Below, piece by piece: positions 37,527-45,977 of a stretch of 64,000 nt of DNA. Position 1 is the first letter of the stretch, and each line of letters begins with the position of its first letter. Under the pieces are notes generated by a model. The model was not told the DNA's origin. It saw only the letters and a program-made list of their open reading frames with translations, and did no database searches. The position numbers were made by a program, and so were the translations under genes. Origin of the DNA: an uncultured Clostridia bacterium (GTDB lineage Bacteria; Bacillota; Clostridia; Christensenellales; CAG-138). The stretch lies in assembly GCA_946614035.1 (NCBI GenBank), contig CAMOGJ010000007.1:1866-65865 (forward strand), given 5' to 3'.

Positions 37527-39320
37527 TTATTTCTTGATGATGGCCGAGAACTTACAGCCTTCCATACAGGCGCCGCACTTGATGCACTTCGACTGATCGA
37601 TGACGTGCGGTTCCTTGACCTTACCGGTGATCGCGCCTGCCGGGCACTGACGCGCGCACAGCGTGCAGCCGCGGCACTTGTCGGGCTGGATCTCATAATG
37701 CATGAGCTTCTTGCAGACGCCCGCCGGGCAGCGCTTTTCGACGACGTGCGCTTCGTACTCGTCGCGGAAATACTTCAGCGTGGACAGAACCGGGTTCGGC
37801 GCCGTCTGACCGAGCGCGCACATTGCGTTCGCCTTGATGTAGTTGCAGAGCTCTTCCATCTTGTCGAGATCTTCGAGCGTACCGTTGCCGGACGTGATCT
37901 TGTCAAGCATTTCGAGAAGGCGTCTCGTACCGATGCGGCACGGGGTGCACTTGCCGCAGCTCTCGTCGACCGTGAAGTCGAGGAAGAAGCGCGCGACGTC
38001 GACCATGCAGGTCGTTTCGTCCATGACGATCATACCGCCGGAACCCATCATTGCGCCGATCTTGGTGAGGTTGTCATAGTCGATCGGCAGATCGAGGAAC
38101 TGCGCCGGGATGCAGCCGCCGGACGGACCGCCGGTCTGAACCGCCTTGAAGCGCTTGCCGTTCGGGATGCCGCCGCCGATGTCGTAGATGATCTCGCGCA
38201 GCGTAGTGCCCATCGGGATCTCCACAAGACCGGTGTTGACGATCTTGCCGCCGAGCGCGAAGACCTTGGTACCCTTCGACTTTTCGGTACCCATGGAAGC
38301 GAACCAGTCCGCACCCTTCAGGATGATCTGCGGGATGTTCGCGAGCGTTTCGACGTTGTTGATGATCGTCGGCTGACCGAACAGACCCTTGTTCGCCGGG
38401 AACGGGGGCTTGTTTCTCGGCTCGCCGCGGTTGCCTTCGATGGAAGTCAGCAGCGCGGTTTCTTCGCCGCAGACGAACGCACCTGCGCCGAGACGGACTT
38501 CGATGTCGAAATCAAAGCCGGTGCCGAAGATATCCTTGCCGAGCAGGCCGTATTCACGCGCCTGACCGATTGCGATCTCAAGACGCTTGACCGCGATCGG
38601 GTACTCCGCACGAACGTAGATGAAGCCCTTGTTTGCGCCGATCGCATAGCCCGCGATCGCCATCGCTTCGAGAACCGCATGCGGGTCGCCTTCGAGGACA
38701 GAACGGTCCATGAACGCGCCGGGGTCGCCCTCGTCCGCGTTGCAGACGACGTACTTCTGCGGAACCTTATTGCGCGCCGCGAAGTCCCACTTCATGCCGG
38801 TCGGGAAGCCCGCGCCGCCTCTGCCGCGAAGACCGGAGTCCTTCATGACCTGAATGACCTCTTCCGGGGTCATCTCGGTAAGGACTTTGCCGAGTGCGGC
38901 ATAGCCGTCCATCGCGATGTACTCGTCGATGACTTCCGGGTTGATGACGCCGCAGTTGCGAAGCGCAACACGCATCTGCGTCTTGTAGAATCCGGTTTCC
39001 TGCAGGGACGGAACCTCGACCTTTTCATCGCCTTCGGTTTCACGATACACGAGACGGTCGACAACGCGGCCCTTCAAGAGGTGTTCTTCGACGATCTCCG
39101 GAACGTCCTCGAGCTTCACGCGGCTGTAGAACGTACCCTCCGGATACACGATCATGACGGGGCCAAGCGCGCACAGACCGAAGCAGCCGGTACGAACGAC
39201 TTTTACTTCTTCAGCAAGGCCTTTTTTTGCGATTTCTTCTTCCATCATCGCAGCGATCTTGACGCTGCCGGAAGAGGTACAACCCGTACCGCCGCAAATC
39301 AAAACATGCGTACGAATCAT
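37527..39320 (-). CDS. hydB: NADH/FMN-binding diaphorase subunit (HydB/HndC, NuoF-like)
   Basis: GRGGAGFPTG, NADEGDPGAFMDR, GGPSGG, ESCGKCTPCRIG, C-terminal 2x[4Fe-4S]; the AFM and GGPSG motifs fit the bifurcating type. Confidence 0.95.
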   Translation of the reverse strand: MIRTHVLICGGTGCTSSGSVKIAAMMEEEIAKKGLAEEVKVVRTGCFGLCALGPVMIVYPEGTFYSRVKLEDVPEIVEEHLLKGRVVDRLVYRETEGDEKVEVPSLQETGFYKTQMRVALRNCGVINPEVIDEYIAMDGYAALGKVLTEMTPEEVIQVMKDSGLRGRGGAGFPTGMKWDFAARNKVPQKYVVCNADEGDPGAFMDRSVLEGDPHAVLEAMAIAGYAIGANKGFIYVRAEYPIAVKRLEIAIGQAREYGLLGKDIFGTGFDFDIEVRLGAGAFVCGEETALLTSIEGNRGEPRNKPPFPANKGLFGQPTIINNVETLANIPQIILKGADWFASMGTEKSKGTKVFALGGKIVNTGLVEIPMGTTLREIIYDIGGGIPNGKRFKAVQTGGPSGGCIPAQFLDLPIDYDNLTKIGAMMGSGGMIVMDETTCMVDVARFFLDFTVDESCGKCTPCRIGTRRLLEMLDKITSGNGTLEDLDKMEELCNYIKANAMCALGQTAPNPVLSTLKYFRDEYEAHVVEKRCPAGVCKKLMHYEIQPDKCRGCTLCARQCPAGAITGKVKEPHVIDQSKCIKCGACMEGCKFSAIIKK

Positions 39321-39335
39321 TCTTCTATTCCTCCG

Positions 39336-39707
39336 TTAACCTTCCACCGCACCGATGGTATATTTTGTGACGGGCTTGCCGCCGATGAGATGCTCTTTGA
39401 TGATCTCGGGAACCATTTCGGGCTTGACCTTGACGTAGGTTGTACGTTCCTTGTCCCCTTCGAAAACCTCAACGATCGGCTCAAAGCGGCACATGCCGAT
39501 GCAGCCGGTCTGCGTGACGGTGACACGCTCGCCGAGATTCTGTTCCGCGACCTGTTCGACAAAGGCGTTCAGAACGGGGCGCGCACCTGCCGCGATGCCG
39601 CACGTTGCCATGCCGACAACCACGCGAATCTCACCGCTGCCTTCCCGAAGCGCGACCTTGTTCTTCATTCTGTCACGAATCTGCGCAAGTTCTTCCAATG
39701 TTTTCAT
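39336..39707 (-). CDS. Thioredoxin-like [2Fe-2S] subunit (HydD/HndB)
   Basis: VGMATCGIAAGA and TGCIGMC..EP. Confidence 0.9.
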   Translation of the reverse strand: MKTLEELAQIRDRMKNKVALREGSGEIRVVVGMATCGIAAGARPVLNAFVEQVAEQNLGERVTVTQTGCIGMCRFEPIVEVFEGDKERTTYVKVKPEMVPEIIKEHLIGGKPVTKYTIGAVEG

Positions 39708-39743
39708 GTGTTTGATCCTTTCGTTCTATTTTTGTCGAATATT

Positions 39744-40298
39744 TTAAGCCTCCGAAGCGTATTGCTCCTTCAGCATATCCCGGATCCATGCGAGGACCTC
39801 ATATTCATCCAGAGGTACCTCGTCCCCCAACACCTGCCGAATCTCACGCGTGTCGAGCGAAACCATTCTGTCCGGCATCGTATGCCGGAAGACGTAATCC
39901 GTCGAAGCGCTCGCGCGAATCAGCAGGACAATCGTAGAAACCACGTCACCGAGCGGCGTGAAGTCCAAATGTGTTTTATCGAACGTCGCGCTTATCGTCG
40001 TTCCGCAGTGCGCGGGATCAACCGAACGTTCCACCGATGTGATCGAAAACGTGCCGCCCGTCTGTTCCGCCGCAAGCTTTAAAAGCGGGATCCCCATTCC
40101 GACCTTGCGCGTGGTGCGCGTGGTGGAAAACGGATCGGTCACGGTCTTGACGAAGTCCTCCGACATGCCGCAGCCGTTGTCGCGGATCGTCAGCGCGAGC
40201 GTCGTTTCCGTCTCGTCGATCAGAATTTCGATGCACGTCGCTTCGGCGCGGATCGAGTTCTGCGCGATATCCAGAATGTTCAGCGAAAGCTCCTTCAC
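39744..40298 (-). CDS. Stand-alone GHKL/HATPase_c domain protein
   Basis: GTG start overlapping the PHP stop; DIAQNSI, DNGCGM, DPFSTTRTTRKVGMGIP, GTTI. Confidence 0.85.
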   Translation of the reverse strand: MKELSLNILDIAQNSIRAEATCIEILIDETETTLALTIRDNGCGMSEDFVKTVTDPFSTTRTTRKVGMGIPLLKLAAEQTGGTFSITSVERSVDPAHCGTTISATFDKTHLDFTPLGDVVSTIVLLIRASASTDYVFRHTMPDRMVSLDTREIRQVLGDEVPLDEYEVLAWIRDMLKEQYASEA

Positions 40299-41014
40299 AG
40301 CGTCCCCTCCCGAAGCGTTTGAAACAGCGCATGCCGTACGGCCTCCGGCCGTGTTTCGTCGGTGTCGAGCGTCAGCGTGCCGCCCGCCTCTCCGATCTCC
40401 CAAAGCCGGTGCGCATCCGAGCAGACGACGATCTTTCGATCCCCCGCAAGCGCGCGATTGTTCGCATCCCGCAGTTCCGCGATCTTAAACACCGGTTCCG
40501 GCGGGAAAAAACCGAGCACCGCAAGAAGTCCGTTTGCGTCGCGGTCGATATGCGCCGGCCAGCAGATGCCGCCGTGCGCTTCAACGAGCGTCGCCGCCTG
40601 TTCGAGATCGAGATCCGTCGCGGCGGGCAGAAAGTGCGGATCCTCTCCGATCTTTTCGTCCCGTTCGTTCAGGATCGGTTGCTCGCCGAAAATCTCCGTG
40701 CGGTTCTTGATCCGCATCCGGTGCGTCCGAACCTCCTCGCCGAACGCTGTCGCGTCATCGAGCGTTTCAAAGATGCACAGCAGATGCACATCTTCCGCCG
40801 TCGTCAGTTCCATGCCCGCGACCGGCACGATGCCGTATTCTTCACATGCCGCAAAGAACGCGGGACAGTTGTCCGTCGTGTTATGATCGGTCAGCGCAAC
40901 GAGATCGAGTTCATTCAAATGCGCCATGCCCGCTATGTTGCACGGCGTCATATCCATGTCTCCGCAGGGAGACAGGCAGGAATGCAGATGCAGATCGTAC
41001 CGTAGCGTCCTCAT
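40295..41014 (-). CDS. PHP domain phosphoesterase
   Basis: DLHLHSCLSPC, LTDHN, GMELTT, PAHIDR, SDAH. Confidence 0.9.
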   Translation of the reverse strand: MRTLRYDLHLHSCLSPCGDMDMTPCNIAGMAHLNELDLVALTDHNTTDNCPAFFAACEEYGIVPVAGMELTTAEDVHLLCIFETLDDATAFGEEVRTHRMRIKNRTEIFGEQPILNERDEKIGEDPHFLPAATDLDLEQAATLVEAHGGICWPAHIDRDANGLLAVLGFFPPEPVFKIAELRDANNRALAGDRKIVVCSDAHRLWEIGEAGGTLTLDTDETRPEAVRHALFQTLREGTL

Positions 41015-41340
41015 TTGAGCAGAGCACCGACCTCGGCGCACATCTCAAACGTGGATTTCTCCGTCAGAAGCAGGTTGAGTCCGTGCAGCTTCGCTGCGTT
41101 GACGACCGCTTCGTCCGGCTGCACGCCTTCGGAAAACACGATGCAGGCGCAGTCCGTCAGCTGACCGACCGCCGCCACGTTCACGTTCGACATGATCGTG
41201 ACCCAGCAGTCGCCGCTTTGCGCGCGGCCCATGACCCAACTCAACAGATCGCCCGCGTATCCGCCGGTCACCTCCCGGTCGCCTTCGGACAGCAGCAGCG
41301 GTTTGCATCCCGTTTGTTCGATCAGTTCGTTTACCGTCAT
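41011..41340 (-). CDS. DRTGG domain protein
   Basis: GGYAGDLLSWVM...WVTIMSNVNVAAV. Confidence 0.75.
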   Translation of the reverse strand: MTVNELIEQTGCKPLLLSEGDREVTGGYAGDLLSWVMGRAQSGDCWVTIMSNVNVAAVGQLTDCACIVFSEGVQPDEAVVNAAKLHGLNLLLTEKSTFEMCAEVGALLK

Positions 41341-42632
41341 GCGTTATCTCCTTTGCTGTCTTCCCTCTGCAGGGACTTGAGCTGTTCTCTCATGCGGATC
41401 ACGCAGTCGTCGAGCGACGATTCGCCGCGAACGACATCCTCCGCATGTGCGCGGCACGTCGGTGCGCCGCAGGAGCCGCAGTCCATGCCCGGAAGCTGTT
41501 TCCAGATGCGTTCGATTTCCGACATCATGCGGAACGACTGCGCAAAGTCCGTGTTCAAAAGCTCGGCGGAACTGTACTCGCCCGGTTCAACCGTGAGAAT
41601 CTCGCGCGGGATCGGTTCTCCCTCCGCAAGCGAAATGCGGTTTTGAACGATCGGCATATACCGCTGGAGCGAGCGAATGCGCACGCGCGCGATATACGGG
41701 TTTTCCACGGCCAGGACACCGCCGACGCAGCCGCCGGGGCATGCGTTCATTTCGACGAATTTCAGGTCGGGGAAATGTCCCATCTCGATGTCGTCCAGCA
41801 CGCGGATGATGTTTTCAACGCCGTCCGCCGCCAGATAGTGATCGTTCATTAGTGCGCTCGCTTCCCCGCCCGAGGACGGCCAGCTCATGCCGATCGCGCC
41901 GGTTTCCGACGTGACCTTCGGCGTTTTCTTGCGGTCCATCTTCGAGAGCAGGCGGAAGTAGATTTCGCTCATGGATACCACATAGTCGATGTAGCATTCC
42001 TTGTCCGCCGGCGTGTTCTTGACCCAGCTGACCTTCGCGGGGCACGGGGAGATGAACACGGTCTTGATATCCTCCGGCTTGAGGTCGGGATGCCGTTCCA
42101 GCGCACGTTCCTTTGCGAGCTTGCCAGCAAGCTCGATCGGCGGCGCAACGGGAACCATCTTGTTCCGGAGCGTCGGGAACCGTAGCGAGATGAGCCGCAC
42201 CACGACCGGACACGCCGTGCTGATAAACGGCGCCTGCGCGTCGCCCATGCGCTGCATGTACGCGCGCGTATAGTCCGTGACGAGCTCCGCAGCTTTTGCG
42301 ACTTCGAAAATATCGGAAAAGCCCAGATCCATCAGCCCCTGCATGAGATAGTCGGCATCATCGAGATTCGCAAACTGGCCGAACAGAGACGGCGCGGGCA
42401 GCGCGATCAGGAACTTGCTGCGATCCAACGAATCCCAAGTGTCGAAATCAGCTTTTTTCGCTTTGTAGGGGCAATGGCGGATGCATTCTCCGCAGTCGAT
42501 ACAGAGGTTCGGATTGATACAAGCTTTTCCGTCGCGAATGCGAATTGCCTGCGTGGGGCAGCGGCGCAAGCAGGTGGTACACCCCTTGCACTTGTCCGCG
42601 TCAAGCAATACGGAATGCTTGTATACGATCAT
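41337..42632 (-). CDS. Atypical (group D / HydS-like, putatively sensory) [FeFe]-hydrogenase
   Basis: N-terminal 2x[4Fe-4S]; variant H-cluster motifs STACPVVV, SPCPAKV, EMNACPGGCVGG; C-terminal LPGMDCGSCGAPTC FeS domain. Confidence 0.85.
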   Translation of the reverse strand: MIVYKHSVLLDADKCKGCTTCLRRCPTQAIRIRDGKACINPNLCIDCGECIRHCPYKAKKADFDTWDSLDRSKFLIALPAPSLFGQFANLDDADYLMQGLMDLGFSDIFEVAKAAELVTDYTRAYMQRMGDAQAPFISTACPVVVRLISLRFPTLRNKMVPVAPPIELAGKLAKERALERHPDLKPEDIKTVFISPCPAKVSWVKNTPADKECYIDYVVSMSEIYFRLLSKMDRKKTPKVTSETGAIGMSWPSSGGEASALMNDHYLAADGVENIIRVLDDIEMGHFPDLKFVEMNACPGGCVGGVLAVENPYIARVRIRSLQRYMPIVQNRISLAEGEPIPREILTVEPGEYSSAELLNTDFAQSFRMMSEIERIWKQLPGMDCGSCGAPTCRAHAEDVVRGESSLDDCVIRMREQLKSLQREDSKGDNA

Positions 42633-42641
42633 GCGTCCTCC

Positions 42642-43073
42642 TTATGCCGGCAGAAACTTCATTTCGATCGTCGTGCCGACGCCGACCACCGAATCGATTT
42701 TGAGTTCGTCCGAATACCGTTTCATATTCGGCAAACCCATGCCTGCGCCGAAACCGAGCGAACGGATGTTGTCCGGAGCCGTCGAATACCCTTCCTGCAT
42801 CGCAAGATTGACATCCTTGATGCCGGGACCGACGTCCTTTAAGATGACTGTGATGCATTCCGGCGTCACATACACATCCGCGTCTCCGCCCTTTGCATGA
42901 ATGACCATGTTGATCTCCCCCTCGTACATCGCGACGGAGATCCGGCGAATCAGATCGGGATGGAATCCCATCTGACGAAGCATGCGCTTAACCTGTACGG
43001 ATGCTTCTCCCGCGGACGTGAAGTTGTTGCCGTCCACATCGTAATGAAAGTGCAGCGGTTCGTTCTCGTTCAT
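42642..43073 (-). CDS. RsbT/anti-sigma-like Ser/Thr kinase (GHKL)
   Basis: YEGEINMVIHA, DVGPGI, GYST, GFGAGMGLPNMKR. Confidence 0.85.
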   Translation of the reverse strand: MNENEPLHFHYDVDGNNFTSAGEASVQVKRMLRQMGFHPDLIRRISVAMYEGEINMVIHAKGGDADVYVTPECITVILKDVGPGIKDVNLAMQEGYSTAPDNIRSLGFGAGMGLPNMKRYSDELKIDSVVGVGTTIEMKFLPA

Positions 43074-43408
43074 CGTCCCAAACCGCCTTCATACAGTTTG
43101 CCGCTTGCCTCGTACATCGTCAGCTTCGTTTCGAGAAGCGCGATGTGATTCTGCGCCGCAAGCGTTTTGATCTCATCGGTTGCCTTCTTGCCGCGCACGA
43201 TGATGATGCAGCTCATATCGAGCATATGCGCGGTGCGAACGATCTGCGGGTTCAAAAGTCCCGTCAGCAGCACGTCGCGGTCATCCGCGAATGCCAGTAC
43301 GTCGCTCATCATGTCGCTGCCGAAGGCGCCCTGAAGATCGATGTCGAGCTGATCCGGCTCTGCATAAACCGTCGCTTCGATGCGTTCAGCCATCTCCCGG
43401 ATAGTCAT
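43070..43408 (-). CDS. DRTGG domain protein
   Basis: GSDMMSDVLA, LLTGL.NPQ.VRTA.M.D, VRGK. Confidence 0.78.
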   Translation of the reverse strand: MTIREMAERIEATVYAEPDQLDIDLQGAFGSDMMSDVLAFADDRDVLLTGLLNPQIVRTAHMLDMSCIIIVRGKKATDEIKTLAAQNHIALLETKLTMYEASGKLYEGGLGR

Positions 43409-43424
43409 GTTCGTGTCCTTTCGG

Positions 43425-43922
43425 TTATGCGCGGAATTTTTCTACAATGCCCTTGACGTCTGCCGGGACCAGGCGGCCGAATACTTCGTCGTCGATGGTC
43501 ATGACCGGTGCAAGACCGCAGCAGCCGAGGCAGCGCGTTGCTTCGAGCGTGAACTTGCCGTCGTTGGTCGTGTGACCTGCCTTGATGCCGAGCAGACGCT
43601 CGAGTTCCGCAAGGATATCCGCGGAGCCCTTGACATAGCAGGCGGTACCGAGACAGACACGGATGAGATGCTCGCCCTTCGGCTCGAGCGTGAACCACGA
43701 ATAGAACGTGGAAACGCCGTAGACCTGCTCGAGCGATACGCCGAGACCCTCTGCGACCATCGTCTGCACTTCGATCGGCAGATAACCGTAGATTTCCTGT
43801 GCCTTCTGCAGCACGGGCATCATCGCGTCGGAATGACCCTTGTGCTGTTCAATGACTTCTTTGAGCTGTGCTTCCTGTTCGGGTGTTCCCCTAAACGGGA
43901 TCTGGGTAATCTTGTTCGTCAT
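43425..43922 (-). CDS. [2Fe-2S] subunit HydC/HndA (NuoE-like)
   Basis: LQKAQEIYGYLP, VSTFY, VCLGTACYVKG, RCLGCCGLAP. Confidence 0.92.
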   Translation of the reverse strand: MTNKITQIPFRGTPEQEAQLKEVIEQHKGHSDAMMPVLQKAQEIYGYLPIEVQTMVAEGLGVSLEQVYGVSTFYSWFTLEPKGEHLIRVCLGTACYVKGSADILAELERLLGIKAGHTTNDGKFTLEATRCLGCCGLAPVMTIDDEVFGRLVPADVKGIVEKFRA

Positions 43923-43960
43923 ACATCCTCCTTGAAAGTTCAGATTCCTGACCATCAAAT

Positions 43961-43969
43961 ATTATAGCA
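43961..43969 (-). promoter_or_regulatory. Extended -10 promoter of the hydrogenase operon
   Basis: TGCTATAAT about 40 nt upstream of the hydC ATG. Confidence 0.55.
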
Positions 43970-44143
43970 TAGGCGTTTGCCGATTACCATATCTTTTTGC
44001 AACAACTTTTCTTATATTTTTACATTCCCGTGCATTCTTCACGAAAAATACGCAAATATTTAGCAAAAAAACTCGTTTTTATACTTTCCTTTTTCAAAAA
44101 AATCGTGTATGATTAAGGTACTTCAATATGGAAGGGGATAAGT

Positions 44144-44971
44144 ATGGCAAAGAAGAAGATCAAACCCACGCCGGCGGGTATACTGTTTTTATCTGCAATT
44201 GCCGTCCTGATCATCGCTCTGATCACCGTTGTGATCGTTCTGATCTCGAACTGCAATAAGTCCGAAAACAATCCGAAACGTCCGACCCCGACCGCAACGG
44301 CTGTTGTCGAAGCATCCGCAACGCCCACGAGCCTGCCGACCGACGTTCCGACCGCTGATCCGTCCCTCAATCCGATCAATCCGGATAATACAACCGACCC
44401 CGGCATCACGCCCGATCCGAACAGCACGAGCGGTCCGATCATCAACACGCCGCCCGCCGTCGAGACGCCCGAACCGACCTCGACCACCGGCGGTTACTAC
44501 ACAACGCCGACTTCTCAGATGAAGAAGAATGCCAAGGATGGCTACGTAAAGAACGACAAGGTCAACATGCGCAAGGGTCCCGGCACGAACTACGATAAGG
44601 TCAAGTCCAACATTGCAAAGGGCACCAAGCTAACGCTCTACATCGAGCAGGATGGTTGGTGGTTCGTGAAGTGCGACTCGAAATTCGGCTACATCAAGAA
44701 GGATTACGTTGCACAGGGCACGAGCCCGAGCTCCGCAACAGGTGAAGTGACCGGCACGGTCAACGTCAACGCCGGTTCCAAGATCGCGCTGCGCAAGTCC
44801 GCCGACAAAGACTCGCAGTGCATCAAGGAGTACACCAGAGGCGAAGCGCTGACGATCTACTACAAGTCCGACGACGGCAAGTGGTATTATGTCAAGGTCA
44901 ACAGCGACGGTAAGAAGGGCTGGATGTACGCGTCTTATGTCAAGGCGAACGGCAAGGTCGGCACCAAGTAA
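44144..44971 (+). CDS. Membrane-anchored protein with PT linker and two bacterial SH3 domains
   Basis: TM helix; VNMRKGPGTNY...WWFV..FGYI; IALRKS...WYYV...GWMYASYV. Confidence 0.85.
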   Translation: MAKKKIKPTPAGILFLSAIAVLIIALITVVIVLISNCNKSENNPKRPTPTATAVVEASATPTSLPTDVPTADPSLNPINPDNTTDPGITPDPNSTSGPIINTPPAVETPEPTSTTGGYYTTPTSQMKKNAKDGYVKNDKVNMRKGPGTNYDKVKSNIAKGTKLTLYIEQDGWWFVKCDSKFGYIKKDYVAQGTSPSSATGEVTGTVNVNAGSKIALRKSADKDSQCIKEYTRGEALTIYYKSDDGKWYYVKVNSDGKKGWMYASYVKANGKVGTK

Positions 44972-44983
44972 ACCTCGAAATAC

Positions 44984-45017
44984 AAAGAATCCCGGCAGCG
45001 ATGCCGGGATTTTTTTG
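44984..45017. terminator. Bidirectional terminator
   Basis: AATCCCGGCA-GCGA-TGCCGGGATT followed by TTTTT. Confidence 0.85.
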
Positions 45018-45018
45018 T

Positions 45019-45840
45019 TCAGTATCCGCGCTTTCGAAGATCATCGACCAAAGAAACGTAGAAGCCCGTGATATCCTTAACGTCCTTCCCCGCCTTCTTC
45101 GAAAACGCGCTCCGGCGAAAATCGATCTCATCGAGGTGCGAAATACCGCGGCGCGTGTTGCCGCAGATCGTGATGCACCGCTCTCCCCACTCCGCCGACG
45201 ATACGGAAACGAGCCCGTCGTTCGGTCCTTCGATGCGGTTTAACACGAAGTTCGCGATCCATAAGCTGACATCGGAAAACGGACGCTTCATCACGCCGGC
45301 AACGCTCTGATAATATACGCCCGGCGCATCCGGATTGTCCCGATTGAAACGCTCCATATGCGCGACGGAAAACTCCTCGCACACGCGCACAAAGTCCGGA
45401 TTCCGATCGCCGACAACGCGAATCCAGTTGTCGACCGCAAAGCCCGCAATCGAAAAGATCGTGCGCGGCGCTTTCAAAAACAGCGTCGCCGTCTTTGATC
45501 CGCGATGCGGCGTGCTGACCGTCGTGACGCTCGCGACCCTGTCCCCGTAGCCGAGCGACGACGCGATCATGCGCGCCTCCAGTCCGCCCTTCGAATGCCC
45601 GATCAAGTTCACCTTCTCTGCGCCGGTCTGCTCTAAAATTGCATCGATGCGCGCGCACAGCGCATGCGAATTCGACTCCACGCTGCCCCAGCAGTCCTGT
45701 TCGCCGAAGAATAGCGTCGCGCCATGCTCCTTCAGCACGCGCGGAATCCTGCCCCAGTACAGCGGAATCTTCAGATCGCGGAATCCCGTCCCGTGGATCA
45801 GCAGCAGCGGATATTTCGTTTTGCAGTTTTGCGCTTCCAT
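45019..45840 (-). CDS. Alpha/beta hydrolase (lipase family I-like)
   Basis: YPLLLIHG, GHSKGG nucleophile elbow, STPHRGS, NDGLV, SHLD. Confidence 0.88.
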   Translation of the reverse strand: MEAQNCKTKYPLLLIHGTGFRDLKIPLYWGRIPRVLKEHGATLFFGEQDCWGSVESNSHALCARIDAILEQTGAEKVNLIGHSKGGLEARMIASSLGYGDRVASVTTVSTPHRGSKTATLFLKAPRTIFSIAGFAVDNWIRVVGDRNPDFVRVCEEFSVAHMERFNRDNPDAPGVYYQSVAGVMKRPFSDVSLWIANFVLNRIEGPNDGLVSVSSAEWGERCITICGNTRRGISHLDEIDFRRSAFSKKAGKDVKDITGFYVSLVDDLRKRGY

Positions 45841-45846
45841 ATTTAT

Positions 45847-45875
45847 AATATAGCACACGCTCCGTTGCATTTCAA
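45847..45875 (-). promoter_or_regulatory. Sigma-A promoter, leaderless lipase mRNA
   Basis: TTGAAA-N17-(TGC)TATATT-N6-ATG; no SD sequence. Confidence 0.6.
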
Positions 45876-45893
45876 CTGCGCCTTTGACCGTTT

Positions 45894-45947
45894 TTACAAC
45901 TCTGATACAAGTCTGTGATGACTTGGTTACAAGTTTTTCCGTACAAT
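45894..45947 (+). promoter_or_regulatory. 11-bp-phased TACAA direct repeats plus -10 element TACAAT
   Basis: TACAA at 45895, 45906 and 45928; TACAAT at 45942. Confidence 0.45.
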
Positions 45948-45977
45948 AAAGCCAACTTCAAGAATAGAGGTGTTTGT

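Noticed and set aside
44025-44046. Possible Rex operator upstream of the hydrogenase operon (CGTGCATTCTTCACG)
   Set aside because: Spacing (GTG-N7-CAC) and flanks do not fit the TTGTGAA-N4-TTCACAA consensus.
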